Assembly: GCF_009914755.1 (NCBI RefSeq)
Contig: NC_060928.1
Length of the DNA stretch: 64,000 bases
Source: the human T2T-CHM13v2.0 reference genome, Homo sapiens
Reading direction: 5' to 3' (one strand)
The notes below the pieces were generated by a model, which made no database searches, was not told where the DNA came from, and saw nothing but the letters and a program-made list of their open reading frames with translations. The stretch's first letter is position 1. Each line of letters begins with the position of its first letter. This document shows positions 12,175 to 24,398 of this stretch, in pieces. Position numbers and translations under genes: made by a program.

Positions 12175-15100
12175 TTTATTTCTCCTAAAAAAAAAACAAA
12201 ACGGGATACATGTGCTGAATGTGCAGGTTTGTTACATAGGTATAAATGTGCTATGGTGGTTTGCTGCACCTATTGACCTGACTCCTAAGTTCTCTCCCCT
12301 CACCCCCAACCCCACAACAAGCCCTGGTGTGTTGTTCCCCTCTCTGTGTCCATGTATTCTCAATGTTCAACTCCCATTTATAAGTGAGAACATGCAGTGT
12401 TTGGTTTTCTGTCCCTATGTTAGTTTGCCGAGGATGGTGGCTTCCAGCTTCATTCATGTCCCTACAAAGGACATGATCTCATTCCTTTTTATGGCTGCAT
12501 AGTATTCCACGGGGTATGTGTACCACATTTTCTTTATCTAGTCTATCATTGATGGGCATTTGGGTTGGTTCCATGTCTTTGCTATTATAAATAGTTCTGC
12601 AATAAACATACGAGTGCATGTGTCTTTACAGTATAACAATTTACTATTTTCCTTTGGGTATATACTAATAATGGGATTGCTGGGTCAAATGGTATTTCTG
12701 GTTCTAGATCCTTGAGGAATTGCCATGCTGTCTTCCACAATGGTTGAACTAATTTACACTCCCACCAACAGTGCAAAAGTGTTCCTATTTCTCCACACCC
12801 TCACCAGCATCTGTTGTTTCCTGACTTTTTAATAATCGCCATTTTGACTGGCATGAGATGGTATCTCATTGTGTTTTTGATTTGCATTTCTCAGATGATC
12901 ACTGATGTTGAGCTTTTTTTTTTCATATGTTTTTTGGCTGTGTAAATGTCTTCTTTTGAGAAGTGTCTGTTCATATCCTTTGTCTGCTTTCTGATGTGCT
13001 TGTTTATTTTTTTCTTGCAATATGTTTAAGTTCCTTATAAATTCTGGATAATAGACTTTTGTCAGTTGGGTAGATTGCAAAAATTTTCTCCCAGTCTGTA
13101 GATTGCCTGTTCATTCTTATGATAGTTTATTTTGCTCTGCAGAAGTTCCTTAGTTTAATTAGATCCCATCTGTCAATTTTGGCTTTTGTTGCAATTGCTT
13201 TTGGAATTTTTGTCATGAAGTCTTTGCCGAAGCTTTATTCTTCTTGCTTAGGATTGTCTTGGCTATACGGGATCCTTTTTGGTTCCATATGACATTTAAA
13301 GTAGTTTTTTTCCAATTCTGTGAAGAATGTCAATGGTAGTTTGATGGGAATAACATTGAATCTGTAAATTGCTTTGGGCAGTATGGCCATTTTCACGAAA
13401 TTGATTCTTCCTATTCTTCCTATCCATGAGGATGGAATGTTTTTCCATTTGTTTGTGTCCTCTCTTATTTCCTTGAGCAGTGGTTTGTAGTTCTATTTGA
13501 AGAGGCTCTTCACATGCCTTGTTAGCTGTATTCGTAGGTAGTTTATTCTCTTTGTAGCAATTGTAAATGGGAGTTCATTCATGATATGGCTTTCTTCTTG
13601 TCTATTGTTGGCATAAAGGAATGCTTGTGATTTTTGCACATTGATTTTGTATCCTGAGACTTTCCTGAAGTTGCTTATCAGGTCAAGAAATTTAAGGGCT
13701 GATATGATGGGGTTTTTTAAAATATAAAATCGTGTCATCTGCAAAGAGAGACAACTTGACTTCCTCTCTTCCCATTTTAATCCGCCTTTTTTCTTTCTCT
13801 TTCCTGATTGCCCTGGCCAGAACTTCCAATACTATGTTGAATAGGAGTGATGAGAGAGGGTATCCTTGCCTTGCACAGGTTTTCAAAGGGAATGCTTCCA
13901 ACTTTTGCCAATTCAATATGATATGGGCTATGAGTTTGTCATAAATAGTTCTTATTATTTTTAGATATATTCAATCAATACCTAGTACATTGAGAGTTTT
14001 TAACATGAAGGAATGTTGAATTTTATCAAAGGCTTTTTCTGCATCTATTGAGATAATCATGTGGCTTTTGTCTTTGGTTCTGTTTATGTAATAGATTATG
14101 TTTATTGATTTGTGCATGTTGAACCAGCCTTGCATCTGAGTGATGAAGCCGACTTGATCACGGTCGATAAGTTTTTTGATGTGCTGCTGGATTCAGTTTG
14201 CCAGTATTTTATTGAAGATTTTTGCATCAATATTAATCAGGAATAGTGGACTGATTTTTTTCTTTTTTTGTTGTGTCTCTTCCCAGTTTTGCTATCAGTA
14301 TGATGCTGGCTTCATAAATTGAGTTAGGGATGAATCCCTCCTTTTCAGTTATTTGAAATAGTTTCAGAAGGAATGGTACCAGCTCCTCTTTGTATTTCTG
14401 GTAGAATTTAGCTGTGAATCAGGTAGTTCCTAGGCTTTTTTTGGTTGCTAGGCTATTAATTCTGCCTCAATTTCAGCACTTGTTATTGGTCTATTCAGGG
14501 ATTCAACTTCTTCCTGGTTTAGTTTTGGTAGGGTGTATGCGTCCAGGAATTTATCCATTTCTTCTAGATTTTCTAGTTTATTTGAATACAGGTATTTATA
14601 GTATTCTCTGACGATAGTTTGTATTTCTGTGAGGTCAGTGGTGATATCCCCTTTAACATTTTTTATTTTGTTTATTTGATTCTTCTCTCTCCGTTATTAG
14701 TCTAGCTAGCAGTCTATCTATTTTGTTAATTTTTTTCAAAAAACTACCTCCTGGATTTGTTGATTTTTTGTGTCCCTATCTCTTTCAATTATTCTCTGAT
14801 CTTAGCTATTTCTTGTCTTCTGCTAGCTTTTTGATTTGTTTCCTCTTGCTTCTCTAGTTCTTTTAATTCTTATATTAGGGTGTTGATTTGAGATTTTTCT
14901 AGCTTTCTGATTTGGGAATCTAGTGCTATAAATTTTCCTCTTAAAACTGCTTTAGCTGTGTCCCAGAGAATCTGGTACATTGTCTCTTTGTTCTCATTGG
15001 TTTCAAAGAACTTCTTGATTTCTGCCTTTATTTCATTATTTACCCAGGAGTCATCCAGCAGCAGGTTTTTCAATTTTCATAAAATTATGTGGTTTTGAGT

Positions 15101-18100
15101 GAGTTTCTTAATCCTGAGTTCTAATTTGATTGCACTGTTGTCTGAGAGACTGTTATGGTTTCAGGTTTTTGCATTTGCTGAACATTTTTTTACTTCTAAT
15201 TTTGTGTTTGATTTTAGAATAAGTGTCATGTGGCACTGAGAAGAATGTATATTCTGTTGATTTGGGGTACAGAGTTCTGTAGAAGTCTGCTAGGTCCACT
15301 TGATCCAGAGCTGAGTTCAAGTCCTAAATATCCTTGTTAATTTTCTGTCTCGTTGATCTGTCTAATACTGACATTGGGTGGGAGCCTAAGTCTCTTTGTA
15401 GGCCTCTAAGAACTTGTTTTATGAATCTGGGTGCTCCTGTGTTGGGTGCATATACATTTAGAATAGTTAGCTCTTCTTGTTCAATTGTCCCCTTCACCAT
15501 TATGTAATGCCCTTCTTTGTCTGTTTGATCTTTGTTGGTTTAAATTCTGTTTTGTCAGAGACTAGGATTGCAATCCCTGCTGTGTGTTTTTCAGCTTGTT
15601 TCCATTCTCCCCATTTCCTTTTGTTACTTCAATCAATTGTAGGTTCAGTCTTTTTATGAAGTCCCATATTTCTTGGAGGCTTTGTTCTTTCCTTTCCTTT
15701 TCCTTCTTTTTTCTCTATTCTTGTCTGCATGTCTTATTTCAGTAAGGTGGTCTTCAAACTCCGATATACTTTCTTCTGCCTGGTCAACTCAGCTGTTGTT
15801 ACTTCTGTATGCTTCACAAAGTTCTCATCTGTGTTTTTCAGCTTCATCAGGTTGTTTATGTTCCCCTCTAAACTGGTTATTCTAGTTAGCAATTCCTCTA
15901 ACCTTTTATCAAGGTTCTTAGCTTCTTTGCATTGGGTTAGAACATGCTCCTTTAGCTCAACATATTTTTTTTAACCCATCTTCTGTTGCGGGAAGTCAGG
16001 GACCCTGAACGGAGGGACTGGCTGGAGCCACAGCAGAGGAACATAAATTGTGAAGATTTCAAGGACATTTATCAGTTCCCAAATAATACTTTTATAATTT
16101 CTTATGCCTGTCTTTACTTTAATCTCTTAATCCTGTTATCTTCGTAAGCAGAGGATGTATGTCACCTCAGGACACAGTGATAATTGTGTTAACTGTACAA
16201 ATTGATAGTAAAACATGTGTGTTTGAACAATATGAAATCAGTGCACCTTGAAAAAGAACAGAATAACACCAATTTTTAGGAAACAAGGGAAGACAACCAT
16301 AAGGTCTGACTGCCTGCAGGGTCGAGCAAAAAGAGCCATATTTTTCTTCTTGCAGAGAGTCTATAAACAGACGTGCAAGTAGGGAAGATATCACTAAATT
16401 CTTTTCCTAGCAAGGAATATTAATATTAATATGCTGGGGAAGGAACGCATTCCCTGGGGGGAGGTCTATAAATGGCCACTCTGGGAATGTCAGTCTTATG
16501 TAGTTGAGATAAGGACTGAGATACACCCTGGTCTCCTGCAGTACCCTCAGGTTTACTAGGGTGGGGAAAAACTCTGCCCTGGTAAATTTGTGGTCTGACT
16601 GGTTCTCTACTCTTGAACCCTGTTTTCTGTTGTTTAAGATGTTTATCAAGACCTTTTTCACTGCTGAACATAGCAGTGAAACATAGACCTTTTTCAGTGG
16701 TTCTGCTTTTGCCCTTTGCCTTGTGATCTTTTTGGACCCATATCAGTAGTTCTGCTTTTGTCCTTTGTCCTGTTCCCTCAGAAACATGTGATCTTTGTGA
16801 GACCCTTATTAGTAGTTCTGCTTTTTGCCCTTTGAAATATGGGATCTTTGTACCTACTCCCTGTTCTTACACCCCCTCCCCTTTTGAAACCCTGAATAAA
16901 AACTTGCTGGTCTGAGACTCAGGCAGGCATCACGGTCCTACTGATATGTGATGTCACCCCTGGTGGCCCAGCTATAAAATTCCTCTCTTTGTACTGTCTC
17001 TTTATTTCTCAGCCGGCCAACACTTATGGAAAATTGAAAGAACCTATGTTGAAATACTGGGGGCAGGTTCCCCCAATAATCTTCTGAACTCCACTCCTGT
17101 CAGTTAGTTCATCTTATCCTCTGTCCAGTTCTGGGCCCCTAATGGGGAGACTTTATGATCATTTGGAGGAGAAGAGGCACTCTGGCCTTTTGGGTTTTCT
17201 GCATTTTTTTTTGTTGTTGATTCTTTCTCATCTTTGTGAGTTTGTCTAGTTTCAGTCTTTGAGACTTCTGACCCTTGGCTGGGGTTTTGGTGGGGGTCTT
17301 TTTGTTGTTGATGCCATTGTTTTTGCTTTTTGCTTGTTTGTTTCTCTTTCAATAATCTGGTCCCCCTTCTGTAGGGTGGTGCCAGTTTGCTGAGGGTTCA
17401 CTTCAGGCCCTATTCATTTAATTCACTCCTGTGCCTGGAGATGTCATTCAAGGAGGTTGGAGAGCAGCAAAGATGGGTCCCTGCTTCTTCTTCTAGGACC
17501 TCTGACCTCAAAGGGCACCAAACTGATGTCAGTAGGATCATTCCTTTATAGGATATTTGACAACCCCTGTTGGAGGGTCTCACCCAGTTGGATGGCATGG
17601 TGAACAGGACCTGTTTCCCAAAGCACTTTGTCCCTTAGCGGAGAGGATGTGTTTCACTGGGGACCCATCTGGGCTGCCTGGATTCCTCAGAACTACCAGA
17701 AGGAGAGGCAAAGTCAGCTGGTCTGCAGAGACTGCCACCACCCCTCTCCCTAGGGGCTCAGTCCCAGGGATATCCAAATTCTGTTCCTGAGCCTCTGGTT
17801 GGAGTTACTGGAGATCCTGCAGGGAAGCCCCACCCATTGAGGAAGGATGGGTCCAGGTTAGACCTGAAGAGGCACTTTGGCTCCAGACTGCCACAGCCTG
17901 TGTGTTGGGCTGTTGGGACAAGTCTTGGGACCAAGCCATCAAGTCTCCCTGGCTCCAGCAGGGGAAAAGCACAGACTGGAGCTATAGAAATGGTTGCTGC
18001 CCTTCCCCAGCCCAGGGAGTTTGGTGTATTAGGCAGTTGTGAGTCCCACTGCTGGCTGCTGCCTTTCCCCCAAGGAGTTCAAATGGCTTAGACTGCAGGC

Positions 18101-18540
18101 AGCATCAGCAGGTGCTGGTCAGCCCTCCTCCTAGGAATTCAGTAGGCTTAAGCAGATTCCAGCTGAAAGGCTGTAAGAATCTCTGTGTTCAGGAGTTGGG
18201 ACAGAAGCCCCAGTGGCATAGGTTCACGAGTGAGATCTTCTGGTCCATGAGTTGCACAGTTCCATGGAAAAAGCACAGTTTCCCTGGCTGGGTAGTGCTC
18301 TCACTCACTGCCTCCCTTGGCCCAGGGAGGGAGTTTCCCTTCCCTGCATGGCTCTCAGGTGGACCACTGCACCACACTGCTGTTCCTTCTCTCCATGGGT
18401 CAAGCCAGCCTTCTAGTAAATTTTGATGAGAGAACCTGGATACCTTGGCTGCTGGTGAAGAATTCACACTCTTATTATGTATTTTTTCGATGAGAGCCTT
18501 TGAACACCAAGGCTTCTAGTCAGGCATCTTGCCCTGCCCC
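12175..18540 (-). mobile_element. L1PA8A-like LINE-1 retaining both ends, with internal deletions, interrupted by MER11
   Basis: The 3' end TTTTATTTCTCCTAAAAAAAAAACAAAACGGGATACATGTG is characteristic of L1PA8A. ORF2 pieces are in the track and the ORF1 ATG is at 17231 (MRKNQ...NAENPKGQSASSPPND). The 5' end reads GGGCAAGATGCCTGACTAGAAGC. Confidence 0.88.
15984..17078 (+). mobile_element. MER11 (HERV-K11/HML-8) solo LTR with 6-bp TSD ATCTTC
   Basis: Starts TGTTGCGGGAAGTCAGGGACC and ends GGTTCCCCCAATA (1095 bp). The TSD is at 15978-15983 and 17079-17084. Internal AGTTCTGCTTTT tandem units and AATAAA at 16895-16900 are present. Confidence 0.93.
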
Positions 18541-18549
18541 CACCCCGAT

Positions 18550-18900
18550 TTTTTCAAATGTGAATTGAGTTATCAGCTTGCTGTTTAGAAGAGGTGGTGG
18601 GATTTGCTCATGAGAGGGGAACCTTGTTGCCTCACTGTGAAACAATATCTGTATTATTTTCCACAGAGAAGGGTACTAGCTTTTATGGGGTGGAGTGAAA
18701 GTTCATGAAACCAAAATCTTTGGGTTCATTCAGAAAGTAATTCCTATTCAAGGAGCTCAGGTTTTCCAAGTTAGAGACCTGACCTTGGCATAAGAGTTGC
18801 TTAGGTTCACCATTTAATCATCTTCTAAGTTCAGCACTCTAAATATTAAATCCTGGAGTTGATGTTAAATATTTTCTTCTGATCTACTGCATGAAATGTG
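18550..18900 (-). mobile_element. ERVL/HERV16-like gag remnant
   Basis: The minus strand reads SYAKVRSLTWK around 18765-18797, resembling ERVL gag SxxKVRALxGKEWDP. Confidence 0.55.
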
Positions 18901-20704
18901 GGTTTCTCTGTAGATTATTAAACATACTCTCTGACTCTGACATTTTGTTTCCATTACTTGTTAATTGCCTTGAGATTTTTTATCCACTTGTGGGAAATAA
19001 ATGTCTTTTTCTCTAAAGCTAAACTTGAATTAAAGTTAAGAACATAGTATCTATATCAACATAGTGTGAGTTTAGGGGAAATTGAAAAGATTGTGCAACA
19101 ACAAAAAAGGCTTTTAAAAAAAATTTCTTAAACTGTTATATTTTTCTTTTTGTCAAAATTATTATCGGTCAAAGAATGCTGCACTTATTTTACAAAATGT
19201 TTTTATTTAGCACAAATCTTTTACTAAGCACATCATAAAATAAATTATTTTTATCAGATGGTAGTATGTAAATGTATTAAAAGAGTCACATTTTAAATGT
19301 GTGAATTGAAGGATTCAACATTAACAGAAAAATATACCCTGGTGAAAATTAATTTTTTTTTTACAAAACATTGGTTAAAATTCAGGACAATTTTACAAGC
19401 ACTTCCTGCCTCTGCCTCTCTTACTGCCCAATGAAGTATTTTTTTTTTTTATCATGGGTACCTAATTAGTGCAAGGTTTATTTAGGAAGTCGTTATGTCT
19501 GAGAATACTTAACTTCTACTCTTCTGTCTTTGATGAAGAGGCTCTAAGTGGATTTAAAAACTCCTGGTGGGCACTTATTATTCTTAGTGCATTCAGTAAA
19601 ATATATCAGCAAATTAGCCCCTGTCTCCTGGTTGGCCTAGGACTACATAATAAAAGCATTTTATGATAAAGCTAAAATTGACTTTATATAGAACTTTTTC
19701 TACTTAAGAAAATTAGAACCTAACATTAAATTCAAAGTTCACTATAGCTTCAGATAGGTTAAGTATAAGCTACCTTTACTTTTGAAATGGATTTTCTTAT
19801 GACCAAAATTTAGGTTGATATGTTACGTGAATATTTGCATGTATAACCATTTTTATTCTACATTTCTTCTATTAACCTGCTGACATTGAGAAGTAATAGC
19901 ATTGTGTTGATTTTTCCAGTTCAAAAATTCATGTTGCACTGAAGCTCATTGTTTGCAAACTCATTCAGCACATTGGCATTAGATCTAAAAAGAGGATGTA
20001 CAACATGAAAACAAACATCTTTCTTAGTTGGCTCTTTCATCTTTTATATAACTATGCAACTCAGTAACCATTAGGACTACTTTCAATTACATTTGGATTT
20101 CATCACTTTTTTTTACTCCAGAAACTATCTGAAATCATCTCAATAGTTACAGAGTTTGTGATGTCAACAAACTTTTTTCAGTAGTGACTACGGTACTACT
20201 GCCCATAGTTAGTTATCACTGCAGTTTTGCTGGCAGCCTGAGATCTACAAACCCTTGAAATTATGGAGCACTAATTTGTTTAAATAGCCGTTTTTTTAAG
20301 TTGGCCTAAGACCAGGAATAACAATGAGTTCTCTAAATTTATTGGATATTTTATTTATTTTTGAACTTTATTTTGTGATCGTATAGCTTCTAATAATACA
20401 AATCTACTCATTTTAGGTTTTTTTTGTTTAAACATAGATTTATCCTAATATAAAATGCCATCATTTTTTCTTAAGCCATCTTTGTTTCCATGGTCCTTTA
20501 AGACATCAATTGTCCGGGGAGAACAGAGTATTTCAATTTACAGATAACTTCATTGCTTTAGTGGAATCGAATATCAGGACATGATATAAAGCCAATTTCT
20601 CCATGGGTTTAACTTAAATGATTTGCAACCATAGTGCCTCCTCTAGGTTCCATGTTACACCAGATACCTTACGTATACATACTCTGTGTTTATTATAGGA
20701 AGAT

Positions 20705-21255
20705 TTACTATGAAAAACAGTATGAAGGTTTCTCAAAAAATCAAAGGTAGAACTACCATATGATCCAGCAATTGCACTCCTCACTATATATCCAAAACAA
20801 ATGAAATCATTATGTAAAGAAATAGCCACACTCTCATGTTCACTGTAGCATTATTCACCATAGTCAAAATATGGAAACAAATAAAATGTCAATCAACGGA
20901 CTATTTAATAAAGAAAATGTGGTTGATACATACAAGGGAATATATTTCATCTTTAAAAAGAACAAAAATGATTGCCATCATGGAGAGTCTGGGAAGATGT
21001 TATGTTAAGTGAAATAATTCTGTCACAGAGTGAAAAATACTGCAAGATTTCACTTTTATGAGGTATCTAACGTAGTCAAACTAATATTAGAAGAAGTAGA
21101 ATGGTGGTTGTCAGAAATTTAGGGAAGGTGAATGGAAAGTTATTATTTAATGATTTTACAGTTATATGGAATAAATACATTTTAGTTATCTGTTGTACAA
21201 CATAGTGCCTATATTTGACAATACAGTGTTGAGAACTGAAAAATTTACTGAAAGG
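20705..21255 (+). mobile_element. L1MA9-like 3' end (host of the nested insertion; resumes briefly after 29339)
   Basis: AGAACTACCATATGATCCAGCAATT and TAGTCAAACT...AGTAGAATGGTGGTTG...CATAGTGCCTATA are L1MA 3'UTR motifs. Confidence 0.8.
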
Positions 21256-23292
21256 GAATGCTTCTAGGTTTGCTCATTCAGTATGATGATGGCTGTGGGT
21301 TTTTAGTAGATGACTCTTATTATTTTGAAGTATGTTCCTTCAGTGTTTTGTTTTTGGAGGGGTTTTAACATGAAGAGATGTTGAATTTTATCGAAAGTCC
21401 TTTTTGCATCTATTAAGATCGTCATGTGGTTTTTGTTTTCAGTTCTGTTTATGTGGTGAATAACATTAATTGATTCGCACATGTTGAATCATCCTTGCAT
21501 TCCATGAATGATGCCCACATGATTGTGGTGGATAAGCTTTTTGATTTGCTGCTGGATTTAGTTTGTTAGTATTTTGTTGAGGATTTTTGCATCAATGTTC
21601 ATGAAGGATATTGTCCTGAAGTTTTTTTCTTTTTTTTCTTCTTTTTATTATATCTCTGCCAGTTTTCACACCACAATGACACTGGCCTCATAGAATGAGT
21701 TAGGAAAGACTTCCTCCTCCTCAATTTTTTGCAATAGTTTCCATAGAAATGGTACCAGCTCTCCCTTACACATCTGGTAGAATTTTGTTGTGAATCCATC
21801 TGATCCTGGGCTTTTTCTGATTGGCAGGCATTTTATTACTGATTCAATTTCAGAAATCCTTATTGATCTGTTCAGGGATTCAATCTCTTCCTGGTTGAAT
21901 CCTGGGAGGACTTATGTTTCCAGGAATTTATCTGTTTTTTTTATAGCTCTCATATCTTTTATGTAAAGAGCTGTTCATAATAGTCTCTGGGTTTTTCTTT
22001 TTGTATTACTGTGGGGTCAGTGGGGACAAATGTCCCCTTTGTCATTTCTGAATGTGTTTACTTGGATTTTCTCAAATTTTTTATTTATGCATCTAGCTGG
22101 TAGTATATCTATCATATTAACTTTTTCAAAGGACTATCTACTAAGCTCAATGATCTTTTGTATAATTTTTTGTGTCTCAAGTTCTTTCAGTTCACCTAGG
22201 ATTTGGATTATTTCTTGTATTCTGTTAGCTTTGGGATTAATTTGCTCTTGTTCGTCTAGTTCCTTTAGTTGTAAAGTTAGGTTGTTAATTTGAGATCTTT
22301 CTAACTTTTTTATTTGAGCATGCTATGCTCTAAATTTTTCTCATAATAATAATTTGGCTGTGTCCCAGAGATTCTGGTATGTTGTATCTTTTTTCACAAT
22401 CATTTCAAAGAATTTATTAATTTCTGCCTTAATTTCATTATTTTATCCAGAAATCATTAAGAAGCAGGTTGCTCTTTTCTATTTCATGGTATTTTTTTTC
22501 TTAACTTTGATTTCTGTTTTTATTGCATTGTGGTCTGAGACTGTGGTTGGTATGATTTCAGTTTTTCTTGAATTTGCTAAAGATTATTTTATGTCCTATT
22601 GCGTGATTGATTGTCGAGTATGTGTCATATGCAGCTGAGAAGAGTATATATTCTGTTGTTTTGGGGTGGAGAATTGTGTAAGTGTTTATTAGGTCCATTT
22701 CCCCAATTGTTAAGGTTTTGAATATCTTTGTTAGTTTTCTGCCTTGATGATCTGTCTACTACTGCCAACAGGTTGTTAAAATCTCCCAATATTATTGTGT
22801 GGTTATCTAAATCTCTTCATAGGTCTCTAAGAACTTGCTTTATTAATCCAGGTGCTCCTGTGTTGGGTGCATATATATTCAGGACAGTTAAATCTTCTTG
22901 TTGAATTGAACTCTTTACCATAATGTAATGCCCTTCTTTGTCTTTTTTGATCTTTGTTGTTTCAAAGTCTGTTTTGTCTGAAATTAGAATAGCAACCTCT
23001 GCTTTTTCTGTTTTATATTGTTCGGTAGATTTTTCTCTATTCCTTTACTTTGAGCCTATGGGTGCCAATGCATGGCAGATGGGTCTCTTGAAGACAATAT
23101 ACCATTGAGTTTTGCTTGTTTATTCAACTTTACACTCTCTGCCTTTTGATTGGGGCATTTAGCCCATTTACATTCAATGTTCATATGGATATGTATGCAT
23201 ATGATCCTGTCATCATGTTGTTAGCTAGTTATTATACAGATTTGTTTGTGTGGTTGCTTTATAATGCCATGGGTCTACCTATTTAAGTGTGT
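21256..23292 (-). mobile_element. Inverted 5' segment of an L1PA15/16 (inter-ORF region and ORF2 N-terminal half)
   Basis: Antisense ORF2 runs from ATGATGACAGGATCA (about 23216) to ...CTAGAAGCATTCCC. It shares a TSD with the sense segment ending at 29329. Confidence 0.88.
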
Positions 23293-24398
23293 CGTTCAGG
23301 CAAGAAAAAGAAATAAAAGGCATCCAAATAGCAAAAGAAAAAGTCAAACTATTGTTATTTGCAGACAATATGATTATACCTAGAAAACTGCATAGTCCCT
23401 GCTCAAAAGCTCCTTGATGTATCACAACTCCAACAAACCTTCAGGACGCAAAATCAATGTACTGAAGTCAGTAGCATTCCTATACATCAACAACATCCAA
23501 GCTGAGAGCAAATAAGAAACACAATCTCATTTACAATAGCCACAAAAAGAATAAAATATGTAGGAATAGAGCTAACCAAGTGAGTGAAAGACCCCTGTAA
23601 AGAGAATTATGAAACACTGCTTAAAGAAATAAGAGATGACAAAAACAAATTGAAAAACTTTTTATGCTTATGGATAGTAAAAATTAATATTGTTGAAAAT
23701 GGCCACAAGGCCTAAGCAATTTACATATTCAGTGCTAATCCCATCATACTACCAGTGGCATTTTTCATAGATTTAGAAAATCTATTTTAAAATTCATATG
23801 AAATCAAAAACAATCTGAATACCCAAAACAATTCTAAGCAAAAAGAACAATGCTGAAGTCATCACACTACCCAGCCTCAAATTATACTACATGGCCACAG
23901 TAACCAAAACATCATGGTACTGATATGAAAACAGACACATAGATCAATGGAACAGAATAGAGAGCCCAGAAATAATGCCATACTCCTACAGCCATCTGAT
24001 CTTCAAGAAAATTAACTAAAACAAGCAATGAGGAAAGGAATCCCAATTCAATAAATAATGTTGGCATAACTGACTAGTCATATGTGGAAGATAAAAACTG
24101 GACCGTTTCCTTACACCAGACACAAAAATTAACTCAATATTGATTAAAAACTTCAATCTAAACCAAAAACTATAAAAACCTTGGAAGATAACCTAGAAAA
24201 TATCATTCTGGTCATAGGACCTGGCAAAGACTTCATAACAAATAAGCCAAAAGAAATTGAAACAAAAACAAAAATTGACCTATGAGACCTAATTAAACAA
24301 AAGAACCTCTCCACAGCAAGTGAAACTATCAACTGAGTACACGACAACCTACAGAATGGGAGAATATATTTGCAAACTATGCATCAGACAAAGGTCTA

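Noticed and set aside
16685-16850. Regularly spaced AGT(A/G)GTTCTGCTTTT repeats resembling a CRISPR array
   Set aside because: These are intrinsic tandem units of the MER11 LTR with related spacers, in eukaryotic DNA with no cas genes.
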